Shown here: positions 33,661 through 41,934 of the stretch, piece after piece | Layout: the number at the start of each line of letters is the position of its first letter | How positions within the stretch are numbered: position 1 is the stretch's first letter | Assembly (NCBI GenBank): GCA_016194725.1 | Contig: JACQAW010000342.1 | Location: 1-56,666 of the forward strand | Source of the DNA: Deltaproteobacteria bacterium | GTDB lineage: Bacteria > Bdellovibrionota > UBA1018 > UBA923 | Length of the DNA stretch: 56,666 nucleotides | Direction: 5' to 3' | Made by a program: the position numbers and the translations under genes | Notes under the pieces: model-generated | What the model was told of the DNA's origin: nothing | The model's database searches: none | What the model saw: the letters and a program-made list of their open reading frames with translations, nothing else

Positions 33661-36327
33661 CTACTCATCGATAGGTGTCTTTTTGAGAAGGGCCGAGTGA
33701 ACCGACACTTCGATCTCCTCGCGAAACCGGGTACAGGCGGCGCTGGTCCGAAATACGGCACGTAATTTTCCGAGCAGGCTCCGCCATTGAGGGGAATGGA
33801 CGGAATCCGCGCCCGTGTCCTCGTAACGAGACTCGATCAAGACAGCCATATTCCGGAACGACTCGTCGGACTCAAGCCCGCGTGCGAACACTGTGAGCCC
33901 TTCATTTTGGATACGCGCACTCAGGGCCTCGCTGGCGGCGATCGCATCCGAATGCCTACCGGGTTCTCTTAATTTCAGGTCTATCAGGAGGTTGAGAGCT
34001 TGAATCGCCCCGAGACCTCCTCCCTCGGGCTGCTTGCTCATAGTGGGATTGTCGGGCGGACGCGGGTTGACAAACCTGGGTGGAGGCCGTGACCATGGGT
34101 CATTCCCCACGATCGGATTCAGGAGCTGGACTTCTTTGGCGGACGGCTGTCCGGCCTTGAGCAGGTTGCCGGCTTCGGCAATCTTAATTTCCGGGTGTTG
34201 AAGAAGCGCATTGACCAAGACCTCGGTCGTAGACTCCACGACAGGGGCGCCATCCTTCAGGAGTGCCCCGAACCGTTCGAAGACGGCAAACACGTCCAGC
34301 AAACCTCTTCCGCCGTCGGGCCCTTGATTGAGCGCTGCAAACAAGGGGATCGGGTCCTTCTTGGTCGAGGCGCTGAGACGCTCGCGGCTTTCGAACAGAG
34401 TCCGGATTTCCGGCAGCCGCTCCGCTTCGCGGCGCTCGATTTTATTCAAAGCATTCCAGCTTATGCCGCCTTCAAGCGTGGTCTCAACTACACCGACTGC
34501 TGCAAGAGCATAGCCCAGCCGACTCAAAGCCTTGAGTGACTCCCGATCCCTGAGATTTTCTGGGTCGTCGAACGCCCTGAGCGCCCCCGAGCGCCGGACC
34601 TCATTGACCGCGCCAGTGAGATCCGCTCGTGCCAGTTCATTCAGAAATCGCCTTCGCTCCTTCGGATCCGGGATTCGATCGAAGATTTTTCGATCCGCCG
34701 CTTTAAGACTCACACCGTCCCCTGTGAAAAGGACCCGAGCAACGTCTTTTTCCCACAAGGGGATGCTTGGGTGCCTCAGCCACTCATCGCTGCCTTGGAG
34801 CGCGGGCGCGGAATTATTTTGGGTGCCAGGTTGGGCCGAGACGCTCCCGGTGGTCATGCTGCCGGCGAAAAGCTTGGCGAGATCTGGAACATCGTAGTCC
34901 TTCGCGTTTTCCACCCGCTGAGTCGCGTAGAAAGGCTCCTCGCCGGACTCTGGGGGCAGGTCGCCTTTTGGATCGTAAGCATGCTCCGACAGAGGAGGAC
35001 GGCCTTCCTGTCCTCCGCGCGCCTTAACCTGACTCGCGTATCTGGTCAGGGCTTTCCGTTCATTTTCGCTCGGAGGCGCATCCGCTTTCTTGTAGAGCAG
35101 GCTCTTGTCATCGACCTCGCGGTTGCCGTGGTTCCATGCATCGTCATTGAGCACGAGCGAGGCGTCGTAAAGCTCGGATTTGATCCCTCTGACCCTCATG
35201 TTGTGGCGAAGATCCAGGACCGAGTTGTCGCGCGTATCATAGAGCACGGCCTGCTGGTGATCCCCGAAAGCTTGCACTTTGAGCTTGAGGTAGTCAGGGA
35301 GATGATTCCCCACGACGGCCGCGACGATCGCGATATTGAGTTTTGCCCCGCCTTCGCAGTCGATACCGTCTCCTTGAAGCGCGTCGATGATTCTCTTGGT
35401 CCGCCGATCGGGTGGCAAAGGGATAAGAGAGGCGTACCGGTGAGTGAAGTCCTGGTTGACCTGAGCCATCATTCGCTGGATTCGGATCTCCACGGGCTCC
35501 CCGGGATTCTGATTGAAGAGGGCTCGGTACTGCCGCAGCTGATGCTCATAAAGCCGAAAATACTCCTCGTCCTTTTCAGGATTGCGATCCCTTGCGGCGC
35601 GGTCGCGCAGTTCGGAATGAATAAGGAGCTCGCCGGCGGCCGCGAGATCCGAGAGCTTAGATCCATCCACGCCGGATCTGATTAGCGCGGCTGCCTTGCC
35701 ACTGATCTGAGTCTCGACCCGGGAGAGAACAGCTCGATCCATGAGTGGGCGCGGGGCTTTTTTTCCGGCCCCCTCTTTTTTTGCGCCGTCTTTCGCTCCG
35801 TCGGCGGTGGAGTTTTCGCCGTCGGGTAGGCTGGCTACGGCGCCTTGGATTTCGTTGAATTCCTGAGCTTGATCCGTAGTCATGACCTCCAATCGCGGGC
35901 GTTCGCACGCCACCCGATACTCCGAAGGCACCATCGCAAAACCGCGACAGACTGCGGGCTCTGTCGTGAAACCGCCCCTGCGGATCTGCCGATAGTTCTC
36001 GAGCCATCCCCGGTTGCGGTCTTCGATTGCGACGATTTTCTCGCATTCATCCCGCGAAAGCGGGAAATGCAACTTCGGAACCATGGCTCGTGTGGTCTTC
36101 AACTGCAGGTCCAGCGTCCGCTCAAGCGCTCTCGTGCAGCCCCCCAGCGAGTCAACCCACGGGAATCGAGCCTGCCTGAGCTCAGCGAACTCCGACTCGA
36201 TCGTGGAAAGCTCAGTCGCCAGCGCCGCCTGGTCGGAAAAAAGGCATGAGTCCGCGCGAACACCGCTGACGGATGCCAGAAAAAGCGCAAAACTGAGTGC
36301 TGGCAGGACGAGGAGGTCGCATCGCAT
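33661..36327 (-). CDS. Large (888 aa) secreted hypothetical protein with a possible Cys-His-Asp (transglutaminase/papain-like) core
   Basis: ORF 33661..36399. The ATG at 36327 gives the signal peptide MRCDLLVLPALSFALFLASVSGVRA. GIDCEGGAKLNIAIV...FGDHQQAVLYDTRDNSVLDL is arranged like a C...H...D triad. The rest is unrecognised. Confidence 0.6.
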   Translation of the reverse strand: MRCDLLVLPALSFALFLASVSGVRADSCLFSDQAALATELSTIESEFAELRQARFPWVDSLGGCTRALERTLDLQLKTTRAMVPKLHFPLSRDECEKIVAIEDRNRGWLENYRQIRRGGFTTEPAVCRGFAMVPSEYRVACERPRLEVMTTDQAQEFNEIQGAVASLPDGENSTADGAKDGAKKEGAGKKAPRPLMDRAVLSRVETQISGKAAALIRSGVDGSKLSDLAAAGELLIHSELRDRAARDRNPEKDEEYFRLYEHQLRQYRALFNQNPGEPVEIRIQRMMAQVNQDFTHRYASLIPLPPDRRTKRIIDALQGDGIDCEGGAKLNIAIVAAVVGNHLPDYLKLKVQAFGDHQQAVLYDTRDNSVLDLRHNMRVRGIKSELYDASLVLNDDAWNHGNREVDDKSLLYKKADAPPSENERKALTRYASQVKARGGQEGRPPLSEHAYDPKGDLPPESGEEPFYATQRVENAKDYDVPDLAKLFAGSMTTGSVSAQPGTQNNSAPALQGSDEWLRHPSIPLWEKDVARVLFTGDGVSLKAADRKIFDRIPDPKERRRFLNELARADLTGAVNEVRRSGALRAFDDPENLRDRESLKALSRLGYALAAVGVVETTLEGGISWNALNKIERREAERLPEIRTLFESRERLSASTKKDPIPLFAALNQGPDGGRGLLDVFAVFERFGALLKDGAPVVESTTEVLVNALLQHPEIKIAEAGNLLKAGQPSAKEVQLLNPIVGNDPWSRPPPRFVNPRPPDNPTMSKQPEGGGLGAIQALNLLIDLKLREPGRHSDAIAASEALSARIQNEGLTVFARGLESDESFRNMAVLIESRYEDTGADSVHSPQWRSLLGKLRAVFRTSAACTRFREEIEVSVHSALLKKTPIDE

Positions 36328-36526
36328 CTCTACTCGTATCGGAAGAACAGAAGGGAACCTGGAACCTAAGCGGGCATCACTGCGGAGCGTCATTTCCACG
36401 TTTAGTTCTTAGGCCCTAAAATACTAGCTTTCGACGAGAGAATCGCCCATTGAAGTGAGCGGAAACCGGGCGATACTTCGAATTCACGGTGTTTCAAAGC
36501 AACGCGCGGGATAACGGCGCTTTCGG

Positions 36527-36823
36527 TCAGGATGCTTTTTCCAAAATGATCCTCGTTCGGAGCTTGAAGGGCTTCAAGAGTTGGTCGAGGGTTTCCGGCT
36601 TAAGGCTTCTACGGCCTTTGACAAAGGCGACAAGATTGGACGACGGTACGCCGGTAAGTGCCGCGAATTCCTTCACGCCCATGATCTGAATGGTCTGCCG
36701 AAGCGCGTCTTCCGCGCTCAAGCCGTCATCGCCCACCATGAGCGATGCAATGAACTCTCGGGCGTAGGCGGGGCGTCGCAGCCGCTGACTCAGTTCTTCG
36801 TTGTAACTAGCCGTTCTTCGCAC
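36527..36823 (-). CDS. higA: HigA-family addiction-module antidote protein (HTH)
   Basis: The GTG at 36823 follows a GGAGGG SD located inside the toxin 3' end. ...AEDALRQTIQIMGVKEFAALTGVPSSNLVAFVKGRRSLKPETLDQLLKPFKLR fits the TIGR02684-like antidote pattern. Confidence 0.7.
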   Translation of the reverse strand: MRRTASYNEELSQRLRRPAYAREFIASLMVGDDGLSAEDALRQTIQIMGVKEFAALTGVPSSNLVAFVKGRRSLKPETLDQLLKPFKLRTRIILEKAS

Positions 36824-37148
36824 GGTAATCCCTCCAATATTCGATTGCTTGCTGGATATCCTGATTCTGCCGCCTCTTCGTACCACCGAGAAGAAGCACG
36901 ATGATCTGGCCGCCAAACTGCCCGAAATAGACTCGATATCCCGGCCCATAGTCGATCACGATCTCGAAGACGCCCTGGCCTACCGGCTTGACGTTCTTCG
37001 TGGCTCCGCGCGCTGCCCGAATCACATAGGCATCGATCTTGGCCTGCGTGGTCCAATCCAGTTCGTGGAGCCATTCGTTAAAAGGCTCTATTCCCGCCGC
37101 TGTCTGATATTTTTTGATCTCTCTCACGGGTAATTCCAAAATTATCAA
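36807..37148 (-). CDS. higB: RelE/ParE-superfamily (HigB-like) addiction-module killer protein
   Basis: IEPFNEWLHELD...KIDAYVIRAARG...VKPVGQGVFEIVIDYGPGYRVYFGQFGGQIIVLLLGGTKRRQNQDIQQAIEYW is the classic TIGR02683-type pattern. The start is uncertain (TTG 37148 or GTG 37127). Confidence 0.75.
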   Translation of the reverse strand: MIILELPVREIKKYQTAAGIEPFNEWLHELDWTTQAKIDAYVIRAARGATKNVKPVGQGVFEIVIDYGPGYRVYFGQFGGQIIVLLLGGTKRRQNQDIQQAIEYWRDYRAKNG

Positions 37149-37401
37149 ATTTTATAACTTTAGGCAAGCGCGGATTTCATTTCAAAAATACCTGATTTTA
37201 CAGGCGATCTGTGCCGGCTGCCTACTTCGTTCGTGCCTTGGCTTTGAATCTAACAAACGCTTCGCAGGCCCCGATCACGTCAGCGACCCCTTGGGTTCCG
37301 CCGTAACGCGCTACCAAGCCGCGCAGCTCTATTTGGTTTAGGCCCTTCGGCTCTGGGTAAGCCTCGAATTCTGCGACCAACACTGCGTCATGGCTCCAAG
37401 G

Positions 37402-37496
37402 GAGTTCGTCTACTTTCCAGCTCTCCGCACCATCTAATGAGTTCTATTTTGGTCTAAAAAAAAGTAAGCAAACGTAAACAAACAACGAGTTTCCAG
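37402..37496 (+). repeat. Direct repeat copy 2 (attR-like) with a degraded tRNA 3' end
   Basis: GAGTTCG...CTCTCCGCACCA compares with tRNA GAGTTCGATTCTCATCCTCGGCACCA. It is followed by ATGAGTTCTATTTTGGTCTAAAAA...GTAAGCAAACGTAAACAAACAACGAGTTTCC. Confidence 0.7.
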
Positions 37497-37551
37497 CATG
37501 GGCGGCCCAGATCGGCCGTGCTACAATGACTAAGAACGGGGGGAAGGTTTC

Positions 37552-37998
37552 ATGACCAAATTTATTCTTCTGGCTTTTGTTTTGTTAGTTACCTCGGTGG
37601 CACATGCCGATGCGACAGCAAATTCCACGGATGTAAATCGAGCAGCGGGAGGCGTTGCCGTCCGTCAAAATGGATCACAGCCAGGAGTTGACAGCTCAAT
37701 TTCAGTTCAGGCCGACGACGTCGTGATGTTTAACGCCAAGACCAAGATTATCCATTGTTCCAGCTGTAGATGGGCAAAGGCGTGCACAGTAAATTGCGTG
37801 ACCGGCAAATACTCGGAAGCGGTACAACAGGGTGGCCGTCCCTGCAAAGTTTGCAAACTGCGATGCAACACGGATAAAGGCAAAAAAAACACTCCTCTGG
37901 AGAAGCAGAGCGAACGTACCGATCCAAAACAGATCGAAGCACCAGGCGATCACATTAATCCGCCAGGAGCGGCTCCTGATTCCATAGAGATACATTGA
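37552..37998 (+). CDS. Secreted protein with an Ada-like Cys4 zinc-binding motif
   Basis: Signal peptide present. KIIHCSSCRWAKACTVNCVTGKYSEAVQQGGRPCKVC matches the YH..C...(n)...A...G.RPC..C motif. Confidence 0.45.
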   Translation: MTKFILLAFVLLVTSVAHADATANSTDVNRAAGGVAVRQNGSQPGVDSSISVQADDVVMFNAKTKIIHCSSCRWAKACTVNCVTGKYSEAVQQGGRPCKVCKLRCNTDKGKKNTPLEKQSERTDPKQIEAPGDHINPPGAAPDSIEIH

Positions 37999-38262
37999 TT
38001 GCGCTATGATCGACGATCAAACCGCTGATGCCCAGCACGTTTGGTGGAGCCAAATTGCGTCCGCCGAAATACATTCAAAAAGCCACATAGTCCCATCGAC
38101 ATTTTTTCGCAACAGGCTTTGGGCCTGAGCAAGAGCAGCGAATGGGTTTTAATGACGCCATACGGCATCCTGAATGGGTGGCGTCGCCAATAAGGTGCCA
38201 TTTTTATTCGTGCAACCAGCCACTACCTTGCCTTAAGCTAAGGCCTAACCTAAGGGGGGTTC

Positions 38263-38538
38263 ATGAAAATATTTAAACTCAGTCTCGCGGCAATCTCGAT
38301 TTGTTCATTCTCAGTTCTGGGCGCAACCGCCCATGCGAAAGTTTCGCAGGGCTGGGCTGTTTGCAAAAAGGATATCAAGAAATTTTGCAAGAAAGGCGTC
38401 GCTGACGACCAGGCTGCATTCCAATGTCTCGAGAGCCATGAAAAGCAGCTTTCGAAATCCTGCTTCGCATTTAATGAGGCTTATGAAAAAGAGCACGAAA
38501 AGTCTGAGAGTTCAGAAAAGGCCGGTACTCACGAGTAA
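38263..38538 (+). CDS. Small secreted cysteine-rich-repeat protein
   Basis: Signal peptide present. The CKKDIKKFCKKGV...FQCLESHEKQLSKSC spacing fits a C..D...C....C L...LS..C repeat. A GGGGG SD lies upstream. Confidence 0.45.
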   Translation: MKIFKLSLAAISICSFSVLGATAHAKVSQGWAVCKKDIKKFCKKGVADDQAAFQCLESHEKQLSKSCFAFNEAYEKEHEKSESSEKAGTHE

Positions 38539-38586
38539 GGCCGGCCACCTCTTCCAGGGAACTCCGGGCGCAGGTAAAATGGCCGC

Positions 38587-39573
38587 CTAACGCAAGATGC
38601 GTTCACAAAGCGGCAGTGGCTGCGGGTCCACTCCCACGGGAGCCTTCATGAAGGAGGCTTTCAGGAAATTCCAGACCCGCCGTGAAAGTGTGAGGCCAAG
38701 CAGCTTGCGCACGCTTTTGCCCTGGAGCAGAGTTCCGATTTCCTTGGTCGTGCCGTCGGGCAGGGTAATCCTGGTTACGACTTCGAGGTCTTCCTCGTAT
38801 TTTTTTGAGATGCGCTCGCGCCACGAGCGGTCTTCGGCGAGTGTTGCGAGGTGCCGCGCCCAGGCAGCGGCGACGTCGTCGGGCATGACCTTTTTTTCCA
38901 GTATATCTTTGAGCGTCGTTTCCCAGGTCACCTCGTGCTCGATTTCGCCGAACTTGAGGCGCAGGCTGAGCCGGGTGTCTGCGAGGTCGGGCACTTCGAT
39001 GGGCGCGCCGAACTTTTCGACCCAGTCGCCGGTCGTGTCGAGCGGCTCTTCGGACTCGAGAAAGATGTAGCCGGTGTTGCGCTGGCGAGCCAGGAACATG
39101 CCATCGCGTTCGACGTATCCGGAGGTCAGCATGCTGAAGCGCGAAATGCCGGGAATCGAGGCAATCTGCTTGAGAAGCTTCCAGCGGGCATACGCCTGCC
39201 TGACTTTAAGGTCGGCGAAGGTGTTTCGCAGGACCATGGCGGGAAACTTCACGGCCTCGTAGCCGACAAACGAAAGAATGGCCAGGGGCTCCTGCGTGCG
39301 CCCGTAAAGCGCTGCCGTATAACCAAATGCCATCGCGCCGACGATAAGCGGGTGCACCACTCGGGCAACTTTTCCGAGCTGGACGTCACTGGTTATGGGC
39401 TTCGACAAGAGGTAATAGTGCGCCTTCTTCTCGGCGCCAAAGCAGAGCGTCGAAAGCGCGAGACCCAGAATTACGACTGTGGTTGCGAGCCGAGCGTAAC
39501 ACGTCGAAACCATATTCTTCTTTATCGACGGATTGCCGGGGCTCCACCAGAGATATGAAATCGAGGCGGTCAA
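38587..39573 (-). CDS. Hypothetical membrane-anchored protein
   Basis: 328-aa ORF with 2-3 N-terminal hydrophobic helices. The start is uncertain (39573 or ATG 39513). No family recognised. Confidence 0.45.
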   Translation of the reverse strand: MTASISYLWWSPGNPSIKKNMVSTCYARLATTVVILGLALSTLCFGAEKKAHYYLLSKPITSDVQLGKVARVVHPLIVGAMAFGYTAALYGRTQEPLAILSFVGYEAVKFPAMVLRNTFADLKVRQAYARWKLLKQIASIPGISRFSMLTSGYVERDGMFLARQRNTGYIFLESEEPLDTTGDWVEKFGAPIEVPDLADTRLSLRLKFGEIEHEVTWETTLKDILEKKVMPDDVAAAWARHLATLAEDRSWRERISKKYEEDLEVVTRITLPDGTTKEIGTLLQGKSVRKLLGLTLSRRVWNFLKASFMKAPVGVDPQPLPLCERILR

Positions 39574-39592
39574 TTTTGCCGGGTATGGCTTA

Positions 39593-40411
39593 TTAAATTG
39601 GAAAGGCGCCGCCAGGGGTTCGGCTCTTATCGGTGACGTCGAGCACGAAGCTGGTTACGCCCATGAGCGTTCCGTCAGGCGTGCGCACGGGATAGGAGTT
39701 GAATATCTGATGAAACGGCCCAAACACCAGCTCGTAGCCGAGCAGCGGCTTGCCGGTCTTTATTACGAGATCAACGACCTCTTCGACAGCATCGGCCATT
39801 TGCGGGGGCACCATTTCACGGACTTTTTTTCCTGGATAAAGCGCCGGATCGCGGCCCGAGGGCCGGGTCAGCGCACGGTTTACTTTTATGTAACGGCAGT
39901 CCAGGTCGACGACCACGAAACCAAACGGCGCGGAGTCCAGCGCCTCATCAAGAACCATTCTTCCGAACCGCTGTTTCTGATAGCGTCTGGCATCGCGAAT
40001 AAGAATAGTCGCGCGCTCGGCAAGCCCCCGCGCGAGCAGTACATCGTCGTCAGAGTAACGAGTCCCACCGGCTTCGCGCCCAAGCAGCAGCTCACCGATC
40101 TCAGACCCAACTGCCGCCAATGGCACGACGAGATAATTTTCCAGCCCGTGGTTGCCCTCGGAATGCAGCGACTCCGCGATTTTGAACAGCTCGTTGTTTC
40201 GAGACCCATCGAAGTGGGCGCAGGAGACCACGTCCAGCTGTTGGTCATCATCGGAGTTCAACCGTACGATGCAGTAGTCGCCAACCCGGTTGGCCAGCTC
40301 CCGCGCCACGGCTTCTACGGCCTGGTCGTAGTTGAGCGCAACCTCGGCAAAACTGCGCGAAGCCTCGGCGAGATTGCGCCAATAGGAAAGACGTTTTGGG
40401 TCTGAATTCAT
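39593..40411 (-). CDS. GAF-like plus PAS domain sensor protein without a recognisable output domain
   Basis: The N-half is GAF-like (YLVVPLAAVGSEIGELLLGR). The C-half is PAS-like (APFGFVVVDLDCRYIKVNRAL...PVRTPDGTLMGVTSFVLDVTDK). Confidence 0.55.
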   Translation of the reverse strand: MNSDPKRLSYWRNLAEASRSFAEVALNYDQAVEAVARELANRVGDYCIVRLNSDDDQQLDVVSCAHFDGSRNNELFKIAESLHSEGNHGLENYLVVPLAAVGSEIGELLLGREAGGTRYSDDDVLLARGLAERATILIRDARRYQKQRFGRMVLDEALDSAPFGFVVVDLDCRYIKVNRALTRPSGRDPALYPGKKVREMVPPQMADAVEEVVDLVIKTGKPLLGYELVFGPFHQIFNSYPVRTPDGTLMGVTSFVLDVTDKSRTPGGAFPI

Positions 40412-40474
40412 TGGGCTGAAAATTCTACGAAGTCAGCGGCTTGTCAATGTTTCGTCGCCGCGTTATCGTAAGGC

Positions 40475-40939
40475 ATGCACAAAAAACTTGCGGCGGTCAC
40501 CATTCTGCTAGGGCTCTTCGGGGTCGCTTGGGTCGTATCGGGGGCAGAGGTCAAGCCCACTCTGGAGCATTGGTTTTTCATCAGCGCGCCCGAGGATCAC
40601 CTCAAAGAGAAGATTCATGTCGTCGGTGGCCGCACGTATACGGTAAAAGTAAACCAGGACTTTGGGTGCTACTTCGCCTTTCAACCCGGAAAACCGCACC
40701 GTCTCGTCGCCGAGCTCAGAGTGCCGAATTCACCTGAGAGGTTCCTTACGCACCTGGGCAAGTTGACCATCTCGCCCGACCACAAAACCGTGACCGTCGA
40801 GCTGGATATCGATGCCACGAAAGGCTCGGCGGGGTTTTTCTGGGGCATCGGCCCAGGCGACCCTCAGGGGCGCTATGCGTTTCTATGCAAACTCGATGGC
40901 GCAACCACTGAGAAATTCAAGCTCAAAGTCATAAAGTGA
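40475..40939 (+). CDS. Hypothetical secreted protein
   Basis: Signal peptide MHKKLAAVTILLGLFGVAWVVSGA, followed by beta-rich sequence. Confidence 0.5.
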   Translation: MHKKLAAVTILLGLFGVAWVVSGAEVKPTLEHWFFISAPEDHLKEKIHVVGGRTYTVKVNQDFGCYFAFQPGKPHRLVAELRVPNSPERFLTHLGKLTISPDHKTVTVELDIDATKGSAGFFWGIGPGDPQGRYAFLCKLDGATTEKFKLKVIK

Positions 40940-40980
40940 GAGGATGATCATCGTTCCTCCGTCGAAGCGGCGTGCGATCA

Positions 40981-41934
40981 TTAGGATTGCGCCAGGTACG
41001 CATCCAGCTGGTCCAGTGACCCCGTCCAGCCCTGAGTCAGGCCGCCGCGAGCCTTGATGAACGTCTCAAGCTCTTCGCGTGTCGTGGCGTTATGCACTTC
41101 CCAGGTAATGGTGATGCGCGTGCGATTGGCGCCTTCTTGGGCAAACTGGACAGTGGTCAGCATCGTTTCCGGCCAGGTGGGCGACATGGGGTGGCGAGCG
41201 ACTTTCTCGTTTTCGTCGCAGAACTGCTGGGCATAAACAATACGGTTCGGGCGCGAAAGTTCGCGGTACTCGGTGCGGCCGTACATCTTGACGCCCGGGC
41301 TCATGGGCATGCAGTAAAACGAGCTGCCACCTGGTGTAATATCCGCGCGGAGAAACTCCATTTTACCGCCGCCAGGAGCCAGCCACTTCGCCAGGTGGTT
41401 TGGCTGGGACCAGACGTCAAACATCAGCTCGATCGGGGCATCAAAGGTTCGATTGATGACGAACTGCTCTTTGCCCCCGGTTTCTTTTGCCAGATATTCC
41501 GCCAGACGGTCCCAGGTTGCGTCGCCGCCGGCCTTCTTGATGAACTTGCGAGTCTCTTCGGCTGCCTCGGGCGTGGCCAGAGCCATGGTCAGCTCCATTT
41601 TGGTTTTGCCCTTGAGCTCGGAAAACAGGACCGTGACTCTGAAGAGCGCCGGCTTGTCGTCGCTGCCGCCATGGTCGTAAACGAGGCGCGAGTATTTCTC
41701 GACCTCGAGGTATTTGGCCGTGTTCGGGTAGTCGGTGCCATCGGGCCCGTGCATGGTGTAGCGCCAGTGGCCGCCCACTTTCAGCTCCTTGCTGTGGGTG
41801 GTGAGCGTAAACCCGCGTGGCCCCCACCACTGGGCGACCTGCTTGGGGTCGGTCCAGGCGTCCCATACGGTTTTAACCGGTGCATCGTAAATTCGGGTAA
41901 GCTCGATCTCGTTGGATTTATTTTTTGCGGCCAT
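40981..41934 (-). CDS. Tandem SRPBCC (AHSA1/START-like) domain protein
   Basis: Two repeats of the pattern TR.(Y/F)DAP...(V/M)(W/F)D(A/V)W(T/S).P..(V/L)A.W..P.G., namely TRIYDAPVKTVWDAWTDPKQVAQWWGPRGF and NRTFDAPIELMFDVWSQPNHLAKWLAPGG. Confidence 0.75.
   Translation of the reverse strand: MAAKNKSNEIELTRIYDAPVKTVWDAWTDPKQVAQWWGPRGFTLTTHSKELKVGGHWRYTMHGPDGTDYPNTAKYLEVEKYSRLVYDHGGSDDKPALFRVTVLFSELKGKTKMELTMALATPEAAEETRKFIKKAGGDATWDRLAEYLAKETGGKEQFVINRTFDAPIELMFDVWSQPNHLAKWLAPGGGKMEFLRADITPGGSSFYCMPMSPGVKMYGRTEYRELSRPNRIVYAQQFCDENEKVARHPMSPTWPETMLTTVQFAQEGANRTRITITWEVHNATTREELETFIKARGGLTQGWTGSLDQLDAYLAQS

Larger units (their letters stand above)
29490..37500. mobile_element. Decayed genomic island of about 8 kb at tRNA-Leu; no integrase recognised
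   Basis: Flanked by direct repeats that include a degraded tRNA 3' end. The DNA is visibly more AT-rich than the flanks. It contains TA modules, a replication-relaxation gene and three disrupted genes. Confidence 0.6.

Noticed and set aside
37222-37443. An open minus-strand frame abutting the right repeat (NSLDGAESWKVDELPWSHDAVLVAEFEAYPEPKGLNQIELRGLVARYGGTQGVADVIGACEAFVRFKAKARTK*). It might be a gene fragment cut by the island junction, or an integrase remnant.
   Set aside because: It has no ATG; only a GTG or TTG with a poorly spaced GGAG. I saw no tyrosine-recombinase motifs (R...HxxR...Y) and recognise no family. It is too weak to call, though it reads like real protein sequence.
29490-38600. 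A search for an integrase, excisionase or transposase that would make the island a functional mobile element.
   Set aside because: None of the listed ORFs or my spot translations show recombinase motifs. The island is therefore described as decayed rather than as an intact ICE, IME or prophage.
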